Source: a bacterium
GTDB lineage: Bacteria > UBA8248
Direction of reading: 5' to 3'
Assembly: GCA_965221165.1 (NCBI GenBank)
Contig: CBDCRP010000002.1
Coordinates: 1,408,001-1,472,000 of the forward strand
Length of the DNA stretch: 64,000 nt
Part shown: in pieces, positions 51,975 through 61,730 of the stretch
How the letters are laid out: each line of letters starts with the position of its first letter
How positions within the stretch are numbered: the stretch's first letter is position 1
Notes under the pieces: generated by a model
Seen by the model: only the letters and a program-made list of their open reading frames with translations
The model's database searches: none
Told to the model about the DNA's origin: nothing
Program-made: the position numbers and the translations under genes

Positions 51975-52742
51975 TCATATCGGCGGCAGATTGGACATTG
52001 AAATTTTTGGCAAATCCGCATCAGGATTATGCGCCTTCTCAGCTGCCCGGCGAATCATTTTCTTTAGGGCCTGTTCGAGAAAATGACGTTCCTGTTGTGT
52101 CAGTTCCGTGTTGACGCCCTCGCTCTTCCGCGCTCCCAAGGGGCCACCTTTTGCGGAAGAAAGATAGCCAATTTCAGCAAGCACATCTTTTTCAATCTGA
52201 TATTTTTGGGCAGCGGCTTTGCGCTTCTTAAAATATCTTCTCGCTTGTGAATTCGGTCGAGACGGCGGAGCCTCCAACATGGACAGGCAGAAATAAGCCA
52301 TACTTTCCAACCTCTCGTGCTCAGAGTGATAGCCTATATAGCGTTGGTACATGGACTCCACATCCGAAGTAACGGCGATGTCCGATGGAGGTTTGGGATA
52401 GTTTCTGCGGTGGCTGATACCGCTCGCCTTGAGTTTGGCGCGGAGACGAACCGGTTGCGGAGCGGGCGCGAATACCGCTTTATCGAATTCTAGTCTGAAA
52501 AAATCCGGACCCAATGTACAGCAAGCACTCACATTCCAGGCCAGGACGTAGTCCTCGACGGCCTTCCGTGCCTCCTCTGCCGTGGCGTAGCGCTCCTTCA
52601 AATCGAAGCGAGCCTTCCCATCCTCGACCTTCACCTGAAACCCCGGTCTTTCCCGCTGAAGGGGAATAGCCTGACTGTAGTCAACCCAGTCTGCGCACTT
52701 GACCCCATAGACGAGCGCCGTCACGTACTGATCGTTCATCAT
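51975..52742 (-). CDS. Hypothetical accessory protein
   Basis: GAGGAG RBS, protein-like composition, lower GC; no motif confidently recognised. Confidence 0.75.
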   Translation of the reverse strand: MMNDQYVTALVYGVKCADWVDYSQAIPLQRERPGFQVKVEDGKARFDLKERYATAEEARKAVEDYVLAWNVSACCTLGPDFFRLEFDKAVFAPAPQPVRLRAKLKASGISHRRNYPKPPSDIAVTSDVESMYQRYIGYHSEHERLESMAYFCLSMLEAPPSRPNSQARRYFKKRKAAAQKYQIEKDVLAEIGYLSSAKGGPLGARKSEGVNTELTQQERHFLEQALKKMIRRAAEKAHNPDADLPKISMSNLPPI

Positions 52743-52909
52743 CAACTCCTCTCAATGTGCTGCTTTGCGGGTTCGCCCACTGCTCAGACATCCGAGCCGC
52801 TTCATCCCCCCTCTCTTCACCACTTCCCCTTGTCCCTAACTTCCAACGGCGCGTGCATTCTTCCACTTATGACAAAACCCCCGAACCCATCCCCCGACTT
52901 CCTTTGGTT

Positions 52910-53494
52910 TTATTTCTCTTTCGGTTCGAATTTCCCGAGGAGCCAATCGAGCGCGGCTTTTTGATCGGCGACGGATGCCCGGCGCAGTTGAGAGAGGAGC
53001 CACGCATGACTCGGCGGTTCCTGAACCACGTTCTTGGCCCCCTGGTTACACGTACTGCACAGAGCGCGAAGGTTGGAGAGATCGTCGGAGCCGCCGTGAC
53101 TATGATCCACGATGTGGCCGATATGCAGCCGCACTTTCCGGGCCGGGTTCAGATCGTCGTCATCGCCGGCTCCCGCCCCGCACATCTGGCAGGTATAGCC
53201 GTTTCGCTCCAGGGCCTGAGCGCGTACGCGGGCCGAAATGGGGCGAGTGAATCGATAGGCGGCATGCGCGGGCGGTTCGGAAACCAGTTTGTACTCACCG
53301 GGCTTCAAAGCGCCGGCGTCGTTGTGGGTTATGATCGGCCAGTCCTCGTCGTTGCGCAACTCACGCAAGCGACGCGCCCATTCGGTCACGTGCAACCCGG
53401 CGGCTTCTCGTATCTGCCCGGATGTAACGACTCGCCCTACGTTGGCGCGCAGAAACTCGCGAATGCGAGCCTTGGAACCCCTTCGGGACATCAT
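52910..53494 (-). CDS. HNH endonuclease with an N-terminal HTH-like domain
   Basis: CQMCG...LHIGHI...GGSDDLSNLRALCSTCN; N-terminal EWARRLRELR. Confidence 0.9.
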   Translation of the reverse strand: MMSRRGSKARIREFLRANVGRVVTSGQIREAAGLHVTEWARRLRELRNDEDWPIITHNDAGALKPGEYKLVSEPPAHAAYRFTRPISARVRAQALERNGYTCQMCGAGAGDDDDLNPARKVRLHIGHIVDHSHGGSDDLSNLRALCSTCNQGAKNVVQEPPSHAWLLSQLRRASVADQKAALDWLLGKFEPKEK

Positions 53495-54177
53495 CCGACC
53501 TTGCGAAATGTATGCCGCATCAACTCCTGCCCGATGAATCGGGAATAGGCCGGCGGTATCGCCTCGTTGATTTCTTTTTTCGTCATCCAGTCGATTCCCA
53601 TCGCATCACGTGCGGCGGCGATGGTGCAATTCCCGCCGCCCGTCACCTGAACGTAGTCCGTCCACTCGTCGGTCTTGCCGTAATGTGATTTTCTGCGGTC
53701 GAACGTATGCACCAGCGGGTGCGGCTTATGAGGCGGGGCGGTAATGGGAAAGTTGGTCTCGAACAATCTGTGCCTGAGCACGCGCAATTCATCGAACATC
53801 GTCCCGCACAACACGATGTAATCCCGCAGCGGAGCGCCCTCGACGTTCTCGATGACGTAGGGCCGATTGGTCCGCGCGAGCATGTCGCGCACCGCTCCGA
53901 TCAGGTCGGGCCACTCATGAGCGTTGCCGTTACGTTTTGCGAGGTCAGAATAGGCTTGGCAAGGCGGTGAGGCGTGAATCACGTTGAACGATGCGAGAAA
54001 ATCAGCGTCGAGCGTCATCGCATCCGCTTGAATGAACGGGAACGGGTAATTCGGCTGGGGCTTGACGTCTACGCCGACGACATCGAATCCGGCCTGATGG
54101 TAACCGAGGGCGGCTCCGCCCGCGCAACAGAAAAGGTCGAGCAAATTTGGTCGAGCCGCCACCGGATGAGCCTCCAT
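53491..54177 (-). CDS. Short C5 DNA cytosine methyltransferase
   Basis: Motif I DLFCCAGG, IV SPPCQ, VI ENV, VIII RHR, X EAIPP; only 228 aa. Confidence 0.87.
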   Translation of the reverse strand: MEAHPVAARPNLLDLFCCAGGAALGYHQAGFDVVGVDVKPQPNYPFPFIQADAMTLDADFLASFNVIHASPPCQAYSDLAKRNGNAHEWPDLIGAVRDMLARTNRPYVIENVEGAPLRDYIVLCGTMFDELRVLRHRLFETNFPITAPPHKPHPLVHTFDRRKSHYGKTDEWTDYVQVTGGGNCTIAAARDAMGIDWMTKKEINEAIPPAYSRFIGQELMRHTFRKVG

Positions 54178-54217
54178 ACTCGAATCTTTTTTTGTCGGGC
54201 GTAGTATTATGTTACGT

Positions 54218-54676
54218 CTACTTTCGCTTTTTGTCTACCCCAAAGGAGAGAAAATCGACGAGTCGGGATTCGAGTTTCGATTTATCTTTCGTCTCGCATT
54301 CCCACACGACCAGCGCATCCCATCCGAGCCGATGAAGATCGGCCAGTTTCTTACGGTCCCGGGCGACGTTCACCCTGAATTTCTCTTCCCAGAAGGAAGT
54401 TCGCGTCTTAGGCGTGGTGGTCCTGTGGCATCCCTCGTGCCTGTGCCAAAAACAGCCGTGAACGAAGATCGCCTTTTTGCGGCTGAGGAAACAAATGTCG
54501 GGCGTTCCGGGAATATCCTTGCGGTGCAGACGGTAACGGTAGCCGAGGCCGTGCAACAGTCTTCGAACGATCAACTCCGGCTCGGTATCCTTCTGGCCGA
54601 CGCGGGCCATCATCGCACGTCGCTCGGGCGACGGTTCGGGTTCGCTCGGCGGTTTTTGCGGCGTTCGAGCAGTCAT
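54218..54676 (-). CDS. vsr: Very short patch repair endonuclease
   Basis: DTEPE, PGTPDI, FVHGCFWH, FWEEK, NVARD and VWECE motifs. Confidence 0.94.
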   Translation of the reverse strand: MTARTPQKPPSEPEPSPERRAMMARVGQKDTEPELIVRRLLHGLGYRYRLHRKDIPGTPDICFLSRKKAIFVHGCFWHRHEGCHRTTTPKTRTSFWEEKFRVNVARDRKKLADLHRLGWDALVVWECETKDKSKLESRLVDFLSFGVDKKRK

Positions 54677-54731
54677 GGCGCCACCCGCCGGACCATTCCG
54701 CTGTCCCACCCCTTGCCCCCCGTCTGTTCCG

Positions 54732-56054
54732 TTATCCGGCAAAGTGACCCATCGCAGCGAATCCAATACCCATCAGCGCCGCAACGCCCAGGGTTCTCAT
54801 GAGAGACTGGTGTCGCCAGAGGAGCATGATCGCGCTCACGGCGCCGACGAGCAGAACCCGCCAGTCCAGGGAATGCCAAACCGGCAGCAGGAGCTTGACC
54901 GGGCCGATTTGCCGGGACGGCAGTTCGGCGAACAGGACGTGCAGACCGAACCAGATGGACAGGTTGAGAATGACGCCCACTACCGCCGCCGTGATCGACT
55001 CCAGGGCGCCCTTCAGCCGAGGCTGGGACGGGAGCTGCTCGATATAGGGCGCGCCGGCGAATATCCACAGGAAACAGGGTGCGAACGTGACCCAGAGCGT
55101 GACCAGCGCAGCGGCAATTCCCATGCTCACCCCGCCCGCCCGGTATCCTGCGATATAGCCGACGAACTCCGTGACCAGGATCAGCGGTCCCGGGGTGGTT
55201 TCCGCCAGCCCCAGGCCATCCATCATTTCACCGGCGGTCAACCAGCCTTTATAGGTCACCACGTCCTGCGCCAGGTAGGCGAGCACCGCGTAGGCTCCGC
55301 CGAACGTGACCACCGCGAGGCGGGAGAAGAAATTGCCGACCTGCACCAGAATGTCGGAGCCGCCCAGAACCATCAGCAGCAGCACCGGCGTCCACCAGAC
55401 GGCCATCCACAACGCTACCGTCCTCACCGTGCCGGACATCGACCCGCCACCCCGCCCGGTCCCGGTCTTATCCGTGTTCTGGCCGCCCAACAGGAAAAAT
55501 CCGGCCAGGCCGGCCGCCAGGATGATGACGGGGAACGGGACCGACAGAAAGAAGATGGCCACGAAGGCCAGGCCGGCGATGATCCAGTGCACGGCGGAAT
55601 GCAGCGCTCTCTTCGACACCTTCAGCAAAGCCTCCAGCACGATGACGAGAACCGCACCCTTGATCCCCAGAAACAGCGCGGCCATTACCGGCAGGTGGCC
55701 CACGGCCATGTACAGCATCGCCAGCCCGAGCACCACCAGAGCGCCCGGGACCACGAACAAGAGGCCCGCCAGCAACCCGCCGGGCACGCCGCGAAGCTGC
55801 CACCCCGCGTAGGTGGCGAGTTGCATGGCCTCGGGGCCGGGCAGCAGCATGCAGAAGCTGAGCGCGCCCAGGAACCTTGGCTCGTCGAGCCACTTCTCCT
55901 CCTCCACCAGGACGCGGTGCATGAGCGCTATCTGCGCCGCCGGGCCGCCAAAGGACAGGATCCCGATGCGCCAGAATACGGCGAACATCCGGCGCCAGGC
56001 GACGCCAGGTTCCCGATGCGCGTCGTCGCCTGCGGAGTCTGCGACATCCATCAT
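54732..56054 (-). CDS. chrA: Chromate efflux transporter (long-chain CHR)
   Basis: SFGGPAAQIA, LPGPEAMQLATY, TFGGAYAVL and AETTPGPLI motifs. Confidence 0.94.
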   Translation of the reverse strand: MMDVADSAGDDAHREPGVAWRRMFAVFWRIGILSFGGPAAQIALMHRVLVEEEKWLDEPRFLGALSFCMLLPGPEAMQLATYAGWQLRGVPGGLLAGLLFVVPGALVVLGLAMLYMAVGHLPVMAALFLGIKGAVLVIVLEALLKVSKRALHSAVHWIIAGLAFVAIFFLSVPFPVIILAAGLAGFFLLGGQNTDKTGTGRGGGSMSGTVRTVALWMAVWWTPVLLLMVLGGSDILVQVGNFFSRLAVVTFGGAYAVLAYLAQDVVTYKGWLTAGEMMDGLGLAETTPGPLILVTEFVGYIAGYRAGGVSMGIAAALVTLWVTFAPCFLWIFAGAPYIEQLPSQPRLKGALESITAAVVGVILNLSIWFGLHVLFAELPSRQIGPVKLLLPVWHSLDWRVLLVGAVSAIMLLWRHQSLMRTLGVAALMGIGFAAMGHFAG

Positions 56055-56107
56055 TACCTTCTTTCTATAGTCGGCAATCCCTCGCTCCTCGCTCGGAATT
56101 GACCCAA

Positions 56108-56572
56108 TCAATCACCCATCCGGTTTCGGGCTCTCGTTCTGGAGTCGAGCGAAAGGGGGCCGCCTCCCATGAGGAGTATGGAGATGGTGGCGAGCAGGAG
56201 GAAAAGGGAGTATTCGTATCCGCCGGCGACGGCGGCGCCGGTCGTGGGGTTCGTGACGATTCCGTGCATGAAAAAGCCCTGGTCGAAATGCACCAGCGCG
56301 GCGGCGCCCGCCATGATGGGGATGTTCATCAAAGCGCCCAGGCGGGCGTAGAGCCCGATGAGCAGGAGCGCCCCGCCGACCAGATGACCCAGCACGACGA
56401 CCCACGCACAGATGGCGGGCAGAGGGAGACCCATCAATGCGTTCAGGGCGGCGAGGCGCTCCACGCCGACCACCAGATAACCGTAATAGGCATGCAGAAT
56501 GTAGTAGACGCCCAGAGAAACGCGAAGCAAGGCGATTCCGTATGTCTGATGCTTTTTCAGTCTCAGGTTCAT
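56108..56572 (-). CDS. DoxX family membrane protein
   Basis: LLRVSLG...HAY, GGYEY and GGGPLSLD motifs. Confidence 0.88.
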   Translation of the reverse strand: MNLRLKKHQTYGIALLRVSLGVYYILHAYYGYLVVGVERLAALNALMGLPLPAICAWVVVLGHLVGGALLLIGLYARLGALMNIPIMAGAAALVHFDQGFFMHGIVTNPTTGAAVAGGYEYSLFLLLATISILLMGGGPLSLDSRTRARNRMGD

Positions 56573-56769
56573 CGATTCTTCCCAAGCGATGTAAAAGGCT
56601 ATTTTCTCGCAATCTCGCGGATATCGCCACCCCACCCGAAACAGGAAGCGATTTGACCCGCGCGCGAAATGTGATAGAAGCGAAACGCGGTTCCGGCTTC
56701 ATGAGCGGAGCCGCTCTCATGCGCCTCATCTTACGCCGCAACCAAAAACATGAAAGCAGTCATCCGAAA

Positions 56770-57486
56770 ATGAGTGAATCCGGAAAAAAACTATCATACA
56801 AGAACTTCATCATTCCGCTGGTCCTCGTCGTCGTCCTGGCGCTTTTCTTCTACTCGGGCCTGGGCCGCTACCTCTCCTTCGAGGCCTTGAGGGAAAACCA
56901 GGGCGTACTCAAAGACTGGGTGCGCACGAACGGCGCGCTCGCCGTCATCGCCTACATGCTCGCCTACGCGGCGGTAACTATCTTCTCCCTTCCCGGCGGG
57001 GCGGTGATGAGCATCACCGGCGGTTTTCTCTTCGGTACCCTCTGGGGAGCGCTCTACATCGTCGTGGGCGCAACGGTGGGGGCGACGATCCTCTTCATCG
57101 CGGCCAAGACCTCGCTCGGAGACCCCCTGCGCGCGAAGGCCGGCCCCTGGCTCCAGAAGATGGAAGAGGGTTTTCGGGAAAACGCGCTGAGCTATCTGCT
57201 GGTCTTGAGGCTCGTGCCCCTGTTTCCGTTTTTCGTGGTGAACCTGGTGCCCGCGTTCCTGGGGGTTTCGTTAAGCGTCTACTTTACCGGCACGTTCCTG
57301 GGGATAATCCCCGGGTCTTTCGTCTTCGCCTCGGTGGGCGCAGGGCTCGGCAGCATATTCGAGGCGGGAGGCGAGTTCTCCGCCAAGGGAATTCTGACGC
57401 CCCAGGTCATCATCGCGCTGGTGGGACTCGCAGCGCTCTCGCTCATCCCCGTGGTCTACAAGAAATTCAAGTCGAAAAAAGACTGA
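56770..57486 (+). CDS. TVP38/TMEM64 (DedA/SNARE-associated) membrane protein
   Basis: SLPGG, GGFLFG, LRLVPLFPFFVVN and TFLGIIPG motifs. Confidence 0.92.
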   Translation: MSESGKKLSYKNFIIPLVLVVVLALFFYSGLGRYLSFEALRENQGVLKDWVRTNGALAVIAYMLAYAAVTIFSLPGGAVMSITGGFLFGTLWGALYIVVGATVGATILFIAAKTSLGDPLRAKAGPWLQKMEEGFRENALSYLLVLRLVPLFPFFVVNLVPAFLGVSLSVYFTGTFLGIIPGSFVFASVGAGLGSIFEAGGEFSAKGILTPQVIIALVGLAALSLIPVVYKKFKSKKD

Positions 57487-57493
57487 TCCCGGT

Positions 57494-58270
57494 TCAACTC
57501 GGCTTTTGGGCGGTGAACAGGTATCTCGTCTGCGCGAAGAAATAAGCGCCCCTCTCGTCCTGCGCCCGCACGTCGCGCGCCCAGGCGTCGGCTTCCTCCT
57601 GTGTGATCTCCGTCCTCCCGGGAACGACGCCCAGGATCTGGCGGATGAGATGAAAGCTGCAGCCCGCATCCCCGTAAGCAATGTTGAGAATGGGAATCGC
57701 GCCCACGGACGGCGAAAGAAAGCCTGAGGCCGCAAGCCGGGACCCCAGCGTGAGCGGCAGTCTCGGATGTGCGAAACTCTCCCGCCAGCCGTCCATGACG
57801 CGCTCGGACAGGGCTTCGTCCTCACAGTTCAACGCCGTGGCGCCCCAGTCGGTATCGACGATCACGAGGCGTCCGCCGGGTCTCAATACACGATAAAATT
57901 CGCTTAGGGCCGCCTCCACGTCCGGCACGAACTCGAGCGTCTGCACGCTGACGCAGGCGTCGAACTCCCCGTCCGGAAACGGAAGCGATACGGCGTCCCC
58001 GATCCGGAAATCGACTTGGGGGCTATCCGCACAGCGCGCTCGCGCGATGGCGACCATCGCCTCGCTCAGGTCGATTCCACATACCCGGCCCGAGGGACCG
58101 ACTATCGCCGCCATCTCCCCGGCGAAAAGGCCGGGACCCGAACCCACGTCCAAAGCGCGCGCGCCGGGGATGAGGCCGAGCGCCTCTATCGTCCGCCGCC
58201 TGACCTCGACCATGTCGCCCGTGAGATACATGGCTTCGGCCCGGCGCGAGGCGTTCTCATCAAAATCCAT
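57494..58270 (-). CDS. Class I SAM-dependent methyltransferase (UbiE-like)
   Basis: LDVGSGPG, GIDLS, GDAVSLPF and RVLRPGG motifs; start reset downstream of the REP. Confidence 0.88.
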   Translation of the reverse strand: MDFDENASRRAEAMYLTGDMVEVRRRTIEALGLIPGARALDVGSGPGLFAGEMAAIVGPSGRVCGIDLSEAMVAIARARCADSPQVDFRIGDAVSLPFPDGEFDACVSVQTLEFVPDVEAALSEFYRVLRPGGRLVIVDTDWGATALNCEDEALSERVMDGWRESFAHPRLPLTLGSRLAASGFLSPSVGAIPILNIAYGDAGCSFHLIRQILGVVPGRTEITQEEADAWARDVRAQDERGAYFFAQTRYLFTAQKPS

Positions 58271-58294
58271 CGTGTCGCTCACGGACATGTTCCC

Positions 58295-58373
58295 GTAGGG
58301 GCGGACCTGCGTGTCCGCCCGCAGTTCGCATGTGTCCACTCGACAGTAGGGGCGGTTCGCGAACCGCCCCTAC
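58295..58373. repeat. GTAG-type REP pair
   Basis: GTAGGGGCGGACCTGCGTGTCCGCCC (58295-58320) and the perfect palindrome GTAGGGGCGGTTCGCGAACCGCCCCTAC (58346-58373). Confidence 0.85.
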
Positions 58374-58426
58374 CTCTTTTTGATAACCGCAATCGAGCAC
58401 CATGGAAACCCGCCGGAGAGAACCTT

Positions 58427-58822
58427 CTACGCATCCTTGAAATACTCGACGTCCTCGGGCCTCGGTTTCCAGTTGGGGTTGGTGGGCCATTCCAGGTGGC
58501 GCGAGAGCTTATCCCCCCCGTAGCGCACGCGGTAGAGCAGCGTGCGCTCGGAGCCGTTGGTGTATTCATGCGCCTCGCCCGGAGGATGGACGATGAAAGA
58601 ACCGGGAACGACGTCGACCTCGCCGGTGGGGGTCTTCATCCTGCCGCCGCCCTTGTAGCAGAAATAAATCTCCGTCGCGTAGGGGTGGCAGTGGTAGGGA
58701 CTCACCTGCCCGGGCTCCCAGCAGGCCACCGTCACGTCGCCCTCCTCGAAGCGGCCGAGAATCTTCTCCACGTGTTTTTCCGTGCTGAATTCCTTTTCCT
58801 GCTCCAGATCGAAAACGTGCAT
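58427..58822 (-). CDS. Cupin domain protein
   Basis: HCHPYATE and EAH motifs; AGGAG RBS. Confidence 0.87.
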   Translation of the reverse strand: MHVFDLEQEKEFSTEKHVEKILGRFEEGDVTVACWEPGQVSPYHCHPYATEIYFCYKGGGRMKTPTGEVDVVPGSFIVHPPGEAHEYTNGSERTLLYRVRYGGDKLSRHLEWPTNPNWKPRPEDVEYFKDA

Positions 58823-58899
58823 CGTGCTCTCCTGTATGAATGTACTTCATCACGCAAAAAACGGGTGTGCGCTCTAGGAGCGGCTCCCATGAACTCTCT

Positions 58900-60264
58900 T
58901 TACAGCCCGCTGAACTCCTCGCAGATGGCGGCCATGTATTTCGCCCCGTCGATCAGGTCCGCGACTTTCAGGTTCTCGTTCGCGCTGTGCGTGCGCGAGG
59001 TAATGCGGCCCACGCCGGTGGATGACAGCGGAATTCCCAGATGCTTCAGCACGATCCAGGTCGGCGTGCTCCCGTTGCCGAACGGATCAATGATGGCGTC
59101 TTCCCCGTAGAGCCTCCGGGACGCGGCGTTACACGCCTTGACGACCTCGGCTTCGGGGTCGCTCTTCGCCGGGTAGGAGGTGAACAGAAGCTCCACGCCG
59201 ATGTCCTCGAAGCCGTGCTTGTCCAGATGCGCGCGCACGCAGTCCCTTATCTTGTCAGGGTCCTGGTTCGGCACGAGACGGCAGTCCACCTTGGCCCGCG
59301 CGCGGGCGGAGACGATGGTCTTCACCCCCTCGCCGGTGTAGCCGCCGTCAAAGCCCGCGATGTTGAAGGTGGGATTCGCCAGATGGCGGCGGGGCAGGTC
59401 CTCGTCTTTCATATCGAGAAGGAATTTACGGAGCTCGAACTTCTCTATGCGCTCGGCCCCGTTATAGGGCCTGACGCGTCGGATGAGTTCGTCCTCGATC
59501 TCCGTGATCGGCAGCACGTCGTCGTAGAATCCTTCCACCAGCACGTTCTCGTTTTGATCCTTCATGGTCGAGAGCGCCCATGTCATCCGCCAGGCCGCGT
59601 TCTCGTATATCTGGCCGTTCGAGCTGTGGAAATCCACGTTCGCCGTCCGGCAGGTGAGCTCCATGTAGCAGAGCCCCTTGTTGCCGAGGGAGAGCACGGG
59701 GATGTCCACCCGCGTGGTGTTGTCCTCCCAGACGCAGCCGTCTGCGGCGAGCAGATCGGCGTTTTCCTTCACGAAGGGCTCGAGCGAGGGGCTGCCCACC
59801 TCTTCTTCGCCCTCGATGATGTACTTGACCGAGCAGGGCAGTTCGCCGCGCACCGCCAGGAAGGCCTCGAACGCCGCCAGACGGCTCATGATGTTGCCCT
59901 TGTTGTCCGTCGCGCCGCGCGCGATGACGTGGCCATCGACCACCTCCGCATCGAAGGGCGGGGTGTCCCACTCGGAGAGCGGTTCCGCCGGCTGCACGTC
60001 GTAGTGGTTGTAGAAGAGGAGCGTTTTCTCTCCCCCGCCCCCAAGACGCGCGGTGAGAATCGGGTTGCCCCCCGTCTCATGGAGCGTCGCCTCTAAGCCT
60101 GAGCGCGCCACGCGGGCTTCGAGCAGGGCGGACATCTCCCGCACGCCGACGTTGGTCGTCGAGATACTCGGCTGGCGGCAGAGTTCCTGCAGATCCGCCA
60201 CGATGCGATCCGCATTCGCATCGATATAGTCCAGCACGGCACGGAAGTCTTTTCCCTCGCTCAT
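58900..60264 (-). CDS. M20 peptidase (dipeptidase-like subfamily)
   Basis: YNHYDVQP, ARGATDNKG, EGEEEVGSP and HSANE motifs. Confidence 0.92.
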   Translation of the reverse strand: MSEGKDFRAVLDYIDANADRIVADLQELCRQPSISTTNVGVREMSALLEARVARSGLEATLHETGGNPILTARLGGGGEKTLLFYNHYDVQPAEPLSEWDTPPFDAEVVDGHVIARGATDNKGNIMSRLAAFEAFLAVRGELPCSVKYIIEGEEEVGSPSLEPFVKENADLLAADGCVWEDNTTRVDIPVLSLGNKGLCYMELTCRTANVDFHSSNGQIYENAAWRMTWALSTMKDQNENVLVEGFYDDVLPITEIEDELIRRVRPYNGAERIEKFELRKFLLDMKDEDLPRRHLANPTFNIAGFDGGYTGEGVKTIVSARARAKVDCRLVPNQDPDKIRDCVRAHLDKHGFEDIGVELLFTSYPAKSDPEAEVVKACNAASRRLYGEDAIIDPFGNGSTPTWIVLKHLGIPLSSTGVGRITSRTHSANENLKVADLIDGAKYMAAICEEFSGL

Positions 60265-60441
60265 CGCACACTCCTTATCCTTGAGACGCCCGCGGTTCGC
60301 TCTTCGGTTTGATTATCAGCGTGGAACAAAGATATGATCCTCAGCACTTACATTCAACCCGAAAACCCGCATTCGCGCGACTTAGACCCGGGCGTTCATC
60401 CGCTCCGGCGCATACCGAATGCGGCCCAAAGGAGGACATTC

Positions 60442-61617
60442 ATGCCCGAAGCACCCGCGAACACGAACTGGTTCACATACTTTCCCGAGGACTACCGCTG
60501 GTCGGCCGCCATCTGCGGCATGGTCTCGAGCGCGCAGTGGGGCGGGACCGAAATCGGCGAAGTCGACAAGGTCTGCCGCCGCCTCTACAAGAGCCTGGGC
60601 GACGACGACTTGTGGTTCGACGAGTGGGACCGCATGGGCGACGTCGTGCGGGATCTGGGCCGCGCCGCCGAGGAGAAAAACCAGAACCTCTCCGCCGCCT
60701 CCCACTACAAGCGCGCGGCGTGCTACTACCAGATGGCCGAGCGCTTCAGAACGCCCAAGGACGAACGTGCGCTGGCCACGTTCGAGAAATCACTCGATGC
60801 CTTCCGCCGCTTCGCCCGCCTGACGGACAGGCCCGGAATCGAGGCCGTGGAAGTTCCCTTCGAGGGCGGAAAACACCTGCCCGGCTATCTGGTGCACGCC
60901 GAGAACACCTCTGAGAGCAAACCCCCCGTCGTGGTCTTTTTCGACGGGCTCGACGTCAACAAGGAACTCCAGTACACGCGCGGCGTGGAAGACCTCGTGC
61001 GCCGGGGCATGAGCTGTCTGGTGATGGACGGCCCCGGCACGGGCGAGGCCATCCGCCTGCGCGAGATTTACCTGCGCCCCGATTATGAAGTCGCGGGCTC
61101 GGCCGCGCTCGATTACCTGGAATCCAGGGACGACGTGGACGCGAACCGCGCGGGCGTCATGGCCATCAGCCTGGGCGGCTACTACGCGCCGCGCATCGCA
61201 GCCGTGGAGCCGCGCTACAAGGCGTGTCTCGCCTGGGGGGCGATTTGGGATTACTACGCCACCTGGAAAAAACGCATTGAGGCCTCCTTCAAGGCGGAAC
61301 TCTCCGTTCCGGGCCACCACATCCAGTGGATCCTGAACGCAGACTCGCTCGATGACGCCCTGATCAAGCTGGACGGCTTTAGGCTCGACGGCGTCGTGCA
61401 GAAGATGCGGTGTCCGTTCCTCGTCACCCACGGGGAGGACGACAAGCAGATTCCCCTGGAAGACGCCGAAGCCCTCTATAACGCCGTCGGCTCGGAAGAC
61501 AAGACGCTCCGGGTCTTCACGGTGGAGGAAGGCGGCGCCCAGCACTGCCAGCGCGACAACTACGCCATCGGCGCAACCTATATGTTCGACTGGCTCCAGG
61601 AAAAGCTCTGCGGGTAG
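60442..61617 (+). CDS. Alpha/beta hydrolase (2,6-dihydroxypseudooxynicotine hydrolase/FrsA-like)
   Basis: DGLDVNKE, DGPGTGE, ISLGGYYAPR, HGEDD and QHCQ motifs; GGAGG RBS. Confidence 0.88.
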   Translation: MPEAPANTNWFTYFPEDYRWSAAICGMVSSAQWGGTEIGEVDKVCRRLYKSLGDDDLWFDEWDRMGDVVRDLGRAAEEKNQNLSAASHYKRAACYYQMAERFRTPKDERALATFEKSLDAFRRFARLTDRPGIEAVEVPFEGGKHLPGYLVHAENTSESKPPVVVFFDGLDVNKELQYTRGVEDLVRRGMSCLVMDGPGTGEAIRLREIYLRPDYEVAGSAALDYLESRDDVDANRAGVMAISLGGYYAPRIAAVEPRYKACLAWGAIWDYYATWKKRIEASFKAELSVPGHHIQWILNADSLDDALIKLDGFRLDGVVQKMRCPFLVTHGEDDKQIPLEDAEALYNAVGSEDKTLRVFTVEEGGAQHCQRDNYAIGATYMFDWLQEKLCG

Positions 61618-61626
61618 GGGGCTCTT

Positions 61627-61710
61627 GTAGGGACAGGCCCCTGTGCCTGTCCTGACAAAGGACAACCACGGGGGGTTGTGGGGCAGTCTCGATGAGGGAC
61701 TGCCACTACG
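61627..61710. repeat. GTAG-type REP cluster
   Basis: GTAGGGACAGGCCCCTGTGCCTGTCC plus hairpins ACAACC..GGTTGT and GGCAGTC..GACTGCC, ending in CTAC. Confidence 0.75.
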
Positions 61711-61730
61711 GGGGTGGCGAACCAGTCGAC

